Source: a virus. Taken from it: a stretch of 64,000 bases of DNA. The position numbers and the translations under genes were made by a program. How positions within the stretch are numbered: the stretch's first letter is position 1; every line of letters begins with the position of its first letter. Shown here piece after piece: positions 30,607 to 40,092 of the stretch. The stretch spans positions 1-64,000 of the IMG/VR virus record IMGVR_UViG_3300034418_012737. The stretch is one strand, 5' to 3'. The notes under the pieces were generated by a model, which was not told the DNA's origin, did no database searches, and was given only the letters and a program-made list of their open reading frames with translations.

Positions 30607-32634
30607 TTAACCTAAAGAAATTTTTATATCTGTCCCACTTCTATACAACATACCTACTATGCCAGGATCCGATGTAGGGAGTGAACCCGTTTCTAGAAGG
30701 AGATTATTTACGTGTAATGATGAAGTAGTTCTAGCTATAATGTTATGTCCTGCTATAAATGAGCAATCACATTCTCCACAGTTTCCTTCACCTCCTATTA
30801 CTACGGATCCAACACCTGTAGCAGTGTTATTCCTACCTCCACCTACTATAGCATGGTTTCCTGAGGCAACGTTGTTACAACCCCCCCCTACTATAGCACA
30901 ACAACCTGAAACCGTATTGTCCCTTCCCCCACCTATTGTGGAATAAAAACCTGAAACAGTATTACATTTTCCTCCACTTATTGTAGATGAGTTACAGAAA
31001 GTAGCATTACAAGAACCCCCACTTATTACGCTGCAGTTACCTGATCCAGTGTTATAACGACCCCCACCTATTACAGAGCTAACTCCTCCAGCAGTGTTTA
31101 TAGTTCCCCCACCTATTGTAGATTGAGCAGCTAAAGCATTGTTTTGATATCCCCCACCTATTGTAGCCCAAATACTTGAACCAGAGTTAAGACTTCCCCC
31201 ACTTATTGTAGCACAATTACCTGAAGCATCATTTCTATATCCCCCACTTATTGTGGCAAATCTACCTGAAATATTATTTTCTTGACCCCCACCTATTGTA
31301 GCCATACAATTTGAAATTATGTTAGAAATGCCTCCAACTATTATGGAATAATTACCTGGGGAGCAGACAATGTTGTCACAACCCCCAACTACTATAGATA
31401 AAGAAGTGCTGGTAGTGTTATTTCTACCCCCACCTATTATGGAACAAGCACCTGAGGCAACGTTGTTACAACCCCCAACTACTATAGATCTTGTACCTGA
31501 GGCGGTGTTACAATTTCCTCCACCTACTAAAGAATAAGGACCTGAGGCAGTATTATTATATCCCCCACTTACTGTAGATGCATTACCTGAAGCTGTGTTT
31601 TGCTTTCCTCCAGCTACTGTAGTGCAAGAAAGCGATGCAGTATTACTTAAACCTCCACCTATTGTAGAAAATGGGCATGAGGCGGTGTTACAAAAACCCC
31701 CACCTATTGTAGCTCCTGAATTTGAGGCAGTGTTATCACTACCCCCACCTATTGTAGCCTTACAACCTGAAGCTATATTGGAACAGCCCCCACCTATTGT
31801 GGAAAAAATACCTGAGGAAGTATTGCTTTCACCCCCACCTATTGTGGATAAAGTACCTGAGGAAGTATTGCTTTTACCCCCACCTATTGTAGTGCAAGCG
31901 CCTGAAGCAACATTACATACACCTCCATCTACTACAGAGGAATTTGCTGAAACAACATTACATAAACCTCCACCTACTACAGAGGAATAACTTGAGACCG
32001 TATTATTACTTCCCCCACCTATTACAGAACAATTGCTCAATCCTACCGCACTATTTTTATATCCCCCACTTATTGTGGATACCCTGGCTGAAGAAGTGTT
32101 ACACGCTCCCCCACCTATTGTAGAGCAATGACAAGATGCAGTATTAAGAATGCCCCCACCTATTATGGATGAATTGCCTGAAGCATTGTTACTAATACCC
32201 CCACCTACTGTAGCCCCAGTATTTGAGGCAGTGTTATTACGACCCCCACCTACTGTAGATACAACACCTGAGGCAGTGCTGTCACAACCTCCACTTACTA
32301 CAGCTCCAGTCTGTGAAGTGGTATTACAAATACCCCCTGCTATGGTTGAAAATATACTACTAACAGTATTTTCACATCCTCCTCCTATTGTAGAAAAACT
32401 ATCTGCTTCTACCCACATCCTATTACTTCCTGATTGGGGGGTTATATTACCACTTGAGCCTGTGTATACTAAAGCAATACTTCCTGTTTCTCCTACTATA
32501 GAAGTAGTACTTAATAAGTCTGCTACTGTTATTTTCTTGTTACCCCCATCATTTATTATAGGTAAGACATCTGTAGAGGCAGATATTTCTGATGCTCCTA
32601 TTTGTGTAAATTGTGTTATTTTTTTATCAGCCAT
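30607..32634 (-). CDS. Tail fibre/adhesin-like protein with regular 15-aa STIGGGxxNTASGxx repeats
   Basis: MADKKITQF fibre N-terminus; about 35 repeats. Confidence 0.78.
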   Translation of the reverse strand: MADKKITQFTQIGASEISASTDVLPIINDGGNKKITVADLLSTTSIVGETGSIALVYTGSSGNITPQSGSNRMWVEADSFSTIGGGCENTVSSIFSTIAGGICNTTSQTGAVVSGGCDSTASGVVSTVGGGRNNTASNTGATVGGGISNNASGNSSIIGGGILNTASCHCSTIGGGACNTSSARVSTISGGYKNSAVGLSNCSVIGGGSNNTVSSYSSVVGGGLCNVVSANSSVVDGGVCNVASGACTTIGGGKSNTSSGTLSTIGGGESNTSSGIFSTIGGGCSNIASGCKATIGGGSDNTASNSGATIGGGFCNTASCPFSTIGGGLSNTASLSCTTVAGGKQNTASGNASTVSGGYNNTASGPYSLVGGGNCNTASGTRSIVVGGCNNVASGACSIIGGGRNNTTSTSLSIVVGGCDNIVCSPGNYSIIVGGISNIISNCMATIGGGQENNISGRFATISGGYRNDASGNCATISGGSLNSGSSIWATIGGGYQNNALAAQSTIGGGTINTAGGVSSVIGGGRYNTGSGNCSVISGGSCNATFCNSSTISGGKCNTVSGFYSTIGGGRDNTVSGCCAIVGGGCNNVASGNHAIVGGGRNNTATGVGSVVIGGEGNCGECDCSFIAGHNIIARTTSSLHVNNLLLETGSLPTSDPGIVGMLYRSGTDIKISLG
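30780..32400. repeat. Degenerate ~45-bp coding tandem repeat (core CCCCCACCTATTGT)
   Basis: Core recurs at about 45-bp intervals through the fibre gene. Confidence 0.85.
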
Positions 32635-32646
32635 GTTGTCAAGTTA

Positions 32647-33054
32647 TTAATAATCTAATTGTACCCCATATAATAAATCCACAGAACCACTTGGGGTAGA
32701 ACCACTTCTTACTAAACCGTTAGAAGCCATAAAAGTAACATTTTCTTGAGGAACAGTAGTTGTAGTAGCCCAATTAAATGTAGCAACAGCCCCAGGATCT
32801 ACTACAAATCCTGCTTGAAGTGATCCTGTTATTACTGAGCAATTTACTAATGTATCTAGAGAAGCGGTGTTAAAAATATCATAATGTTTATACCCATCAA
32901 ATACTCCTGATTCGCTTATGTAATAACGTGAACCTTCTATGTTAAAATAAACAGATTTGCTTACATTATTTGTTAAAGTAAACGTAGTACCATTAGTAAG
33001 ATCGGTAGAAGCAGTGTGGCGAGTTCTTAGCTGTTTTCTAGTTAATGTAGGCAT
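32647..33054 (-). CDS. Putative virion protein
   Basis: Beta-rich; ATATTTAT-N4-ATG; first gene of the fibre operon. Confidence 0.55.
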   Translation of the reverse strand: MPTLTRKQLRTRHTASTDLTNGTTFTLTNNVSKSVYFNIEGSRYYISESGVFDGYKHYDIFNTASLDTLVNCSVITGSLQAGFVVDPGAVATFNWATTTTVPQENVTFMASNGLVRSGSTPSGSVDLLYGVQLDY

Positions 33055-33065
33055 GCTAATAAATA

Positions 33066-33734
33066 TTAATTATCTACATCTATTACTCCCCCTCCTCTCC
33101 ATTTCCCTCGTTTAATAGATACACCCCCATCTCCATACATTTTCATTACAGACCAATCACCAGGTAAAGTTTTTACTTGTTTTTGTATGTAAGCTAAGTA
33201 AAATCTACCACGTCGGTTATCCATTCCCTTTTCTTCACCTTCACCAGCTTTTGGTACTATATCAAGTTGCTTAACAGGGATAGGGGTTTTATCTGCTTGT
33301 TCAATAAAATCACGAACACATTGTACTACGGTAGCTAATACTCTATATTGTTCTTGAAAATTAGTTTCTTCTTCTTGTCCAAACTCTACATCAAATGATA
33401 CATTATAAGAACTATCAAATGTTACTTCTTTTGGACCAGCATTTTTTTCTCCTCCAAGTGCCCTTCTTAGACCTCGACTGTAGTACTCATCACTAACTTT
33501 AACCCACCCCATAAAGTTTACTTTATATTTATAGCCCTTATCATTTTCAAAATTATAAAAAAACGATAAATCGGCTATCCACGGTTTATTATCATCACCA
33601 GGGTGTTTTTTACCAATGTTAGCTAAACGGCTAAGCTCGATAGTAACGGTAGGTTTTGAACTTATGGGGAATGGTTTGGCAGTCCCCTCACCAACCTCAC
33701 TTAGTATCTCCGTATATACCTCGTATAGCTTCAA
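33066..33734 (-). CDS. Hypothetical protein, possible internal head protein
   Basis: N-terminal MKLYEVYTEILSE resembles a capsid-targeting leader. Confidence 0.55.
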   Translation of the reverse strand: MKLYEVYTEILSEVGEGTAKPFPISSKPTVTIELSRLANIGKKHPGDDNKPWIADLSFFYNFENDKGYKYKVNFMGWVKVSDEYYSRGLRRALGGEKNAGPKEVTFDSSYNVSFDVEFGQEEETNFQEQYRVLATVVQCVRDFIEQADKTPIPVKQLDIVPKAGEGEEKGMDNRRGRFYLAYIQKQVKTLPGDWSVMKMYGDGGVSIKRGKWRGGGVIDVDN

Positions 33735-34114
33735 TCTTTAGTACTTCTAGTATTGTTATTTTGCGGCTTTGGAGATCTTTCGCGGTATTGGCCTAACTGC
33801 TCGGGGCGTGGTGTATTAGACAATGTAGGACCGTTATTTACGGGAGGAGCCGTCCAATTTTCAACAGGAACATAATAAACTGTTTGTGTATTTGGGTAAT
33901 ATGGATGAACATTTAAAGGTGGAGTCCAAGTACGGTAAACCCATTTTTTATATTCCCTAGAATAATAACCATACCTGGGCCCAGTAGGACAATTTTCAAA
34001 TGGGTAAAACTCGTCACACTGACGGTTTTCTTCCCCTTCACAACATTCAATTTCCTTTTGGACAGAACACCCCATGAGGAGGAGGGCTGGGATTATTAGG
34101 GTGAGTTTTTTCAT
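33731..34114 (-). CDS. Lipoprotein
   Basis: MKKLTLIIPALLLMG-C lipobox. Confidence 0.75.
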   Translation of the reverse strand: MKKLTLIIPALLLMGCSVQKEIECCEGEENRQCDEFYPFENCPTGPRYGYYSREYKKWVYRTWTPPLNVHPYYPNTQTVYYVPVENWTAPPVNNGPTLSNTPRPEQLGQYRERSPKPQNNNTRSTKD

Positions 34115-34199
34115 TTTTAAAATCCGGTTTGGCCTCCACTATGAACCAATGCTTCCATCATATGGTCTCCTAGTGTTTTTAGGTAGTTATAAATTTGTT

Positions 34200-36284
34200 T
34201 CATTTAGTAGCTAAAATATCTGCAACTTTTTGCTTCATACTACTAACAGCAGTAGACCATGACTCTTCCTGATTATCTACGTTTTGAGGTTGACGACCTA
34301 TACTAGAAGAATTTAGCCATTTGCGGATAGCAATAATACGTTCGGCTTCCTCATCTTCAAATTGATTTGCTTGTGCATTTTTGATGTAATCGGATTTAGC
34401 ACCCATATACCAAGCATCGTGTGTCCACCTTAATACTTCAACTTGACCTCCTAATTGTCCTTCGGTATTACCCGTAGTGTAATAAAGGTTTACATTGACT
34501 CCAATGGTTTCGGGTAAACTAATAAAATATTCGGCTTGTTTTACCGCTTCATTAAAAGTCATATCTTCTTCAATTTCATAACGAGAATCATGTACAAACT
34601 TACCACCTTGCTTATCCGTGCTCATAGTACGTACTTTGAAAACAAAAACGTGAGGATATTTAGTATATTTATCAAGTCCTTGAGTAAAAGTTTGGATTGA
34701 TCCTTCTTCTAAATTTTCTTTAACATCCTTTGATACAACAGCTTTGAATTTGACACCGGGGCGGTCCATAAATCCTCCATTTATTTTTTTAGCTTGAGCA
34801 TCGGCAGCTTCTTTAGTGTTATGTATGTTCTGTTCGGTTGTTGTACCGTTTTTCGATATAGTAACCATGTACTTTTCTTCATTAAGATTTTCTTTAACCA
34901 AGTCACTAGCAGCATACATTCCTTTACCACCTGGACCACCTTTAACAGGGAACACTATTTCTTTACCACCAGCACCTAATCTGTTAGATTTCATAAATTT
35001 ACCGGGGCCAGTAATGGTCATAGGAAGTTTTTTACCACCTTTTACATTTTTAAAATAAACAGTATCACCTTTTTTAAACTTGAGTTGATCATCAGCATAC
35101 TTTTGTTTTTCATTAAGTGACTCTTCTCTAAGACCATAATCTTTAGGAACTCTAATTTCATTTCCTTTACTACCATATATAGGATGTCCTTGAACATAAT
35201 TGTAGGTGTGTAATTGTTCTTTACTGTTAAAAATAACACAATAATATTCAATTCCCATATTTACATAAGCAGACCCATTCCATTCTCCGACAAATTTAGC
35301 TTTGCTTAAATAATCTTCTTTAGGCACCCATGCTATAGGTTTACTGCTTTTAAAATCTACACCTTTATTATCTAAATGTCTAAAGTCTTCTCTAAGATCA
35401 TACTCATTAGCAGCAGCAGAAATTGCATTATAAGCATCAAGAACGTTAGTGCTAGGATTAATATTAACCCCAAACTTATTTGCTTGACTTAAAAGATCCT
35501 TATATTTCTCATACTTGTCAGGATACTCGGTAAAAAATTGGATAACATTCCAATCCCCTTTAATACCAGTAGCTTTAGCATAGCCTAGAGAACCTAATGT
35601 GCTAGTATCAAGTTTAAGAGGAATAATAGCTTGGAACATATTTTTAATACCACGCAATGGGTTTCTCTCAGCGTTTGATTCTCCCAAGAAGGCTTCTAAA
35701 ATAACATCATTCTCATGTAGATCCGTATATCCTTCTATCTCATTCTCTAACCTACTACGTACCTCCCTTATCTTACCAAAGAGGTCATCTTGTTCGTCTC
35801 TCCAATCCTGTTCGTATTCAATCTCGTCGGCATAATCAAGTTCTTTATCGGTTGGATCGTAGTACCCTTCCTCAAAATTACGATCGGAGCTACCACCGGG
35901 CTCGCTAGCTTTAAAACCAGCATCCTTGATTTTAGCCATGTGCATGTCCATGTATTCTTTGGCTTTTTTACGCACACCTAACTTTTCGGCAATGTTGAGG
36001 ATTTCGGTATATAACCGTGTTACATCGTCATTATATTCATCAACCGTGATTCCCATAGAACCCAGTGCTTTGCGCTCTAAATTGAAAAATTTACGGTGTT
36101 TTATAGCGAAGTTCAATACGGTAGGGGCAGTGTTGCTAAATCCCTGGTGGACAATAGCTTGGTTTTGAACCAATTTATGAGCGCTGGGACATATATCGGA
36201 GAAGTTAAATGTTTCACCCATGATGGTGAAATCGGGCATAGTATTCTCGGATAAAAATTTTCTAAAGTTATTTAATTCTTTCAT
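34200..36284 (-). CDS. Probable internal head (ejection) protein, modular, with MKELNNFRKFLSE leader
   Basis: Shared leader; internal LRE/LNE/VKE/LEE motifs between unrelated segments. Confidence 0.6.
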   Translation of the reverse strand: MKELNNFRKFLSENTMPDFTIMGETFNFSDICPSAHKLVQNQAIVHQGFSNTAPTVLNFAIKHRKFFNLERKALGSMGITVDEYNDDVTRLYTEILNIAEKLGVRKKAKEYMDMHMAKIKDAGFKASEPGGSSDRNFEEGYYDPTDKELDYADEIEYEQDWRDEQDDLFGKIREVRSRLENEIEGYTDLHENDVILEAFLGESNAERNPLRGIKNMFQAIIPLKLDTSTLGSLGYAKATGIKGDWNVIQFFTEYPDKYEKYKDLLSQANKFGVNINPSTNVLDAYNAISAAANEYDLREDFRHLDNKGVDFKSSKPIAWVPKEDYLSKAKFVGEWNGSAYVNMGIEYYCVIFNSKEQLHTYNYVQGHPIYGSKGNEIRVPKDYGLREESLNEKQKYADDQLKFKKGDTVYFKNVKGGKKLPMTITGPGKFMKSNRLGAGGKEIVFPVKGGPGGKGMYAASDLVKENLNEEKYMVTISKNGTTTEQNIHNTKEAADAQAKKINGGFMDRPGVKFKAVVSKDVKENLEEGSIQTFTQGLDKYTKYPHVFVFKVRTMSTDKQGGKFVHDSRYEIEEDMTFNEAVKQAEYFISLPETIGVNVNLYYTTGNTEGQLGGQVEVLRWTHDAWYMGAKSDYIKNAQANQFEDEEAERIIAIRKWLNSSSIGRQPQNVDNQEESWSTAVSSMKQKVADILATK

Positions 36285-36293
36285 TCTAAATCG

Positions 36294-36548
36294 TCAATTT
36301 AATTTATTATCTGCTACTATATATCTAAGTGCCCTAGCAATCTCTGCTTTTCCTCCTGGACAGTGTTCGGTCCTGAGGAGGAGATCAAACTCGGCTACTA
36401 GCTTTTCTAAAGCTTCTTGAGTACTCATATGAGCAGCAATGAGTTTCACATTGTTATCAATATCATCATCCGCTGCTTCTTCAATTACTTCATCAAGTGC
36501 TTTATCGTTTTCCTGTAGAAATTTTCTAAATGTGTTTAGTTCTTCCAT
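36294..36548 (-). CDS. Probable internal head protein (MEELNTFRKFLQE leader)
   Basis: Shared leader. Confidence 0.6.
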   Translation of the reverse strand: MEELNTFRKFLQENDKALDEVIEEAADDDIDNNVKLIAAHMSTQEALEKLVAEFDLLLRTEHCPGGKAEIARALRYIVADNKLN

Positions 36549-36564
36549 GTTGTTTTATGTGTTC

Positions 36565-37065
36565 TTATTTTATATATGTAAATAAATTCCCATTTTTAAT
36601 TTCATAAGTATAGGTTTTATTATTTTCTTCATATGAAACTAAACCACCCATTTCTTCAACGGCTTTTTTTATAACTTCTTCTACAATACGGGCGTTACCT
36701 GCAGCTATTAAACCTACTGTAATAGGGTCATTAGGGGTTTTCCCTCTTTGTTTCCTTTTAGTGTCTTTTTTTAAAGCTACCTCCCAATCATTTAATACCA
36801 TTTTTGTTACATTAAAGGGAGTGGGGGTGACCATCCATATATTATGTTTTATAGTATCTATAAGTTCACGCCATGTTTCTTTATTAGCACCTGCCCAATT
36901 CATTGAGTGGCTTAGGTTTTTTGCTATAGATAGGAGTTCTTGTTTTTTAGAGTTTTTTTTAAAAGGCCCAAAAAATTCTTGAATTGATTCCCTAGCAACT
37001 GATCTATTCCTAGTAAACGCTGGGGATTCATTAAGGAATTTTCTAAATGCTTTTAGCTCTTTCAT
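36565..37065 (-). CDS. Probable internal head protein (MKELKAFRKFLNE leader)
   Basis: Shared leader; C-terminal AV...GG.VSY domain shared with 37369 and 37798. Confidence 0.6.
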   Translation of the reverse strand: MKELKAFRKFLNESPAFTRNRSVARESIQEFFGPFKKNSKKQELLSIAKNLSHSMNWAGANKETWRELIDTIKHNIWMVTPTPFNVTKMVLNDWEVALKKDTKRKQRGKTPNDPITVGLIAAGNARIVEEVIKKAVEEMGGLVSYEENNKTYTYEIKNGNLFTYIK

Positions 37066-37070
37066 GTTGT

Positions 37071-37367
37071 TTAATAGTTGTCTATTCCAAAGTCGGCAAT
37101 GTTGCCTTTAAATAACTCTTGTTCTTCGGGGTCTAACTTTTCAAATGGAACGCTTAACTCCATTGAGTTGTAGTACTCATATGAGTCTACATAATTGTCT
37201 TTCATATACTGGTCGGCCATTGTTTCTGCTTCCTCATTGCTGTTTGCTGCAACGTAAAGAGTTACCTCTAGTCCTTCCATTTCGTCTTGGTATTTGACGC
37301 TATAAATGGTTTGGTCCGGAGCAATGTTTTCGGCTAAGAACTTTCTAAAGACGTTTAATTCTTTCAT
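37071..37367 (-). CDS. Probable internal head protein (MKELNVFRKFLAE leader); start corrected from 37385
   Basis: The leader begins at ATG 37367. Confidence 0.6.
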   Translation of the reverse strand: MKELNVFRKFLAENIAPDQTIYSVKYQDEMEGLEVTLYVAANSNEEAETMADQYMKDNYVDSYEYYNSMELSVPFEKLDPEEQELFKGNIADFGIDNY

Positions 37368-37368
37368 A

Positions 37369-37776
37369 TTAGATAGCTTGTCCAATCAAATCTCCTTGCC
37401 CGTTTACTGAGTAAACAAAAGTAAGGTCTGGTACACCGTCACCTTTACTTACGTATGATACTTCACCCCCTAAGCTTTTAACAGCGGCTGCAATTTCTTT
37501 TGCTGCTTCTAAATCTCTCATAAGGTCGTCGTAGTCATCACTATCTTTATCTTCTTCTGTTTCAAAGTATGAAAGCTCCTCTTCGAGTTCATCCATTACG
37601 TTTACTGGTGGGGATACATCATCTCCACTTCCAAATTGTGCTACGCGGGTAAATTCACCACTTGCAATAACATCTTTGGCGTGTTCCCCTTTTACGGCCT
37701 TCTCTAAATCATCAAGTGAGGCTTCGTTGATTTGTCCTTCTGCGAGGAATTTTCTAAATGCGTGTAATTCTTTCAT
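37369..37776 (-). CDS. Probable internal head protein (MKELHAFRKFLAE leader)
   Basis: Shared leader; acidic. Confidence 0.6.
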   Translation of the reverse strand: MKELHAFRKFLAEGQINEASLDDLEKAVKGEHAKDVIASGEFTRVAQFGSGDDVSPPVNVMDELEEELSYFETEEDKDSDDYDDLMRDLEAAKEIAAAVKSLGGEVSYVSKGDGVPDLTFVYSVNGQGDLIGQAI

Positions 37777-37797
37777 TTTATTAGTAATTTCATTTTA

Positions 37798-38382
37798 TTA
37801 GTAACTTTGAGGGTATTCACCACTAGTAACCCAAAGTTGAAGTGCTAAGAGTCCATATTTGTCTGCAATACGGTCAAGTTCTGCCATAGCTTTTGAGTCG
37901 TTATTTAAGTCGTAAAGGGGGTTGCCTGGCTTACTAATGTCCATATACTCGTTTACCTCTTCACCTTCGTTGGTTGGTACTTCAAATGTTTCTCTGGATT
38001 GGGTAAACAAATCATCTCCTTTAACGTAGTAGTTATATGATTGCCCCATTTCCCCGTAAGAAACTGGTCCTATTTTCTTAACGGCATTTTTAATGATGAT
38101 TATAGCATCAAGGTCCAATTGTGCTTCTTCTATTTCTTCCTCATCATCTGTACTGTTTCTAACGGCGTTGAGCTCCTCAACGGCCTCTTGAGTTTGGTTA
38201 GTTGCGGGATATGTTCCTTCTTCTGGGAAGAAAGCACCATCCTCCATCATGTCCATTGCTTTTTGATGTGCTGGGCTGCTGCCCATAGCTTCAACGGTAT
38301 CGAAGAGCTTATCGAGTGACTCTTGACCAAATTCTCCTCTATCTTCTGCGAGGAATTTTCTGAATGCGTTTAATTCTTTCAT
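37798..38382 (-). CDS. Probable internal head protein (MKELNAFRKFLAE leader)
   Basis: Shared leader; acidic. Confidence 0.6.
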   Translation of the reverse strand: MKELNAFRKFLAEDRGEFGQESLDKLFDTVEAMGSSPAHQKAMDMMEDGAFFPEEGTYPATNQTQEAVEELNAVRNSTDDEEEIEEAQLDLDAIIIIKNAVKKIGPVSYGEMGQSYNYYVKGDDLFTQSRETFEVPTNEGEEVNEYMDISKPGNPLYDLNNDSKAMAELDRIADKYGLLALQLWVTSGEYPQSY

Positions 38383-38519
38383 TTTTTACAAATTTTGTTT
38401 GATGTGTAGTTTTCTAATACGTTTGGAAGCCAAGCGTGAATTAAAAGCGCTACACCACATGTTGTTGCGTGCCACCAATGCTGAAAATAATTCATTTTAG
38501 CTTCTTGCAAATGCTTCAT
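38379..38519 (-). CDS. Small protein (46 aa, not in ORF track; DUF6356-like pattern)
   Basis: MKHLQEAKMNYFQHWWHATTCGVALLIHAWLPNVLENYTSNKICKK*; ATATTTAT-N4-ATG; ATGA overlap with the next gene. Confidence 0.6.
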   Translation of the reverse strand: MKHLQEAKMNYFQHWWHATTCGVALLIHAWLPNVLENYTSNKICKK

Positions 38520-38539
38520 GATGATAAATATAATGAGGA

Positions 38540-38815
38540 GAGTGAAGGTATCCAAAGAAAATGGCGCGGGTCATGGTAGGGTCATGGTGGAGAGGTATGA
38601 GATATTTGTATATACTTTTGCTCTGGGCCTATAGTTATTTACGCTCTAAAAATCACCCTACACTACTATACCGGTATATGGCCCGTCGATGGACATCAGC
38701 GCCGGTGGGGTACGTGGCCGGTACGTACGGCGTACGCCCGCCCGGGTAGGGCACCCGGCCATAGCCGGGCACCCACCCATTGATAACCCTCACCACAAAG
38801 GTCATCACCCAAACT
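38540..38815. other. GC-rich, palindrome-rich non-coding island
   Basis: Abrupt GC rise; CCGG, GTAC and CCCGGG palindromes; cccggc-cata-gccggg hairpin; no credible ORF. Confidence 0.6.
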
Positions 38816-38818
38816 TTT

Positions 38819-39559
38819 TTAAGCGTTCATTGGAGCCTCATAGAGGTAATTCACACGGTTGTGGAGGTTGAGGTTAAAGAACAACTTGTTCATGTTACCA
38901 CCACGACGGTTCTTGCTAAAGTACAAATACCGACCACCGGTTTCGCTATCATGCTTCAAGTGACCCATGGCAGTGGCCATGTGCTTGATCCGGTTTGAAC
39001 CAGCAAACGAACCACTCTTAGTGACTTGATTAATCATCATGAAACACGTATTCACCTTACCCTTATTACGACCAAGGTTATGGTCCTCAAGCAGGTTGAG
39101 GATCTTCGTTGTCGCACCCTTAAACGTGCCACCGAACTTATCCTGAACCGCAACTGCAACCTCCTGAAGGCTGTCAATCAACACACAATCATAACCATCC
39201 GCAAGGACCGTCTCGAGCACCTCCATCGGACACTCATCAGCGTAATCACCCATAAACAGGATCGGCAAATCACCGAACTTGGGGAAACGCTTCACGTAAC
39301 CGACCATGTCGATTGCGTTCATCTCACCTGAAATGAACAGACACTTCTTGCCTGCCTTATTCAAGTCACCGAGCACATCAAGCAACACGGTGGTTTTTCC
39401 AACACCGGGATCACCGGTAATAACAACATTAGTTCCAGGCATGAGACCATTGTCTCCGCTGAAAAACTCATCGACCTTCCGACCCGTCTTCAACGGATTG
39501 AACAGGTTAGCCTCGAAATTCAGGCTATTCATCTTGGTGGTGGTGACTTTAATTGCCAT
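38819..39559 (-). CDS. Stand-alone RadA/Sms-type RecA-fold ATPase domain
   Basis: GDPGVGKTT Walker A, FISGEM, LIDSLQ Walker B, INQVTKSGSFAGS..IKH, KNRRG (cf. RadA KNRFG). Confidence 0.85.
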   Translation of the reverse strand: MAIKVTTTKMNSLNFEANLFNPLKTGRKVDEFFSGDNGLMPGTNVVITGDPGVGKTTVLLDVLGDLNKAGKKCLFISGEMNAIDMVGYVKRFPKFGDLPILFMGDYADECPMEVLETVLADGYDCVLIDSLQEVAVAVQDKFGGTFKGATTKILNLLEDHNLGRNKGKVNTCFMMINQVTKSGSFAGSNRIKHMATAMGHLKHDSETGGRYLYFSKNRRGGNMNKLFFNLNLHNRVNYLYEAPMNA

Positions 39560-39619
39560 TTTGGGTTTGGGTTTTTGGGTTTTTTACTTTTCTCGTTTCG
39601 GCCGTAACCTTACTCCATG

Positions 39620-39672
39620 AATATACGAACGATTGTCCGCAAATCCACAATTTCAGATGACGTCAAAATGAC
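39620..39672 (-). promoter_or_regulatory. Box promoter B
   Basis: aatatacgaa at 39620; atgac at 39657 and 39668. Confidence 0.85.
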
Positions 39673-39923
39673 GCCATCTCGAAGGTCTCGTACTTGTCGA
39701 TCTTTCCATCCAGCTGGAAATCCAGTGCATTAAGCATAACTGCATTTTCCCTCATGATGCACTGCTCCACCTCCCACTTCAACATCACAGCATCAAGTTG
39801 GGTAAAACGACCATGATCACGCTTATGGGTTTCAATCCACATTTCAAATGCTTTAAAATCACCTTTGTGGTAATTGAATGCTGCTTCCTTAATCGTGATG
39901 GGGGATTGAACGTTGTTTTCCAT
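39663..39923 (-). CDS. Hypothetical early protein
   Basis: Lies between box promoters C and B; its stop codon is inside box B. Confidence 0.6.
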   Translation of the reverse strand: MENNVQSPITIKEAAFNYHKGDFKAFEMWIETHKRDHGRFTQLDAVMLKWEVEQCIMRENAVMLNALDFQLDGKIDKYETFEMASF

Positions 39924-39945
39924 GTCGCTGTAACTTTACCCCATG

Positions 39946-39998
39946 AATATACGAAATGGGGCCCGGGCCCCCAAATTTTCGTATGACTTTGAAATGAC
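39946..39998 (-). promoter_or_regulatory. Box promoter C
   Basis: aatatacgaa at 39946; ccaaa at 39971; atgac at 39983 and 39994. Confidence 0.85.
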
Positions 39999-40038
39999 GA
40001 AAAAAAGATATATCCTTCGACCTATTTAGGTTGGGGCC

Positions 40039-40092
40039 CCGGGGGAGGGGGTTTTACATCAAAACACTCCGTGTTAGATAACACTCCCCCGG
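40039..40092. other. Branched stem-loop in the intergenic region
   Basis: ccgggggag (40039-47) pairs with ctcccccgg (40084-92), enclosing gtttt/aaaac and gtgtta/taacac hairpins. Confidence 0.6.

Noticed and set aside
27428-32634. Diversity-generating retroelement TR/VR pair in the twin fibre C-termini
   Set aside because: Both copies are coding and differ at synonymous positions of all base types rather than only adenines. No reverse transcriptase is in the window.
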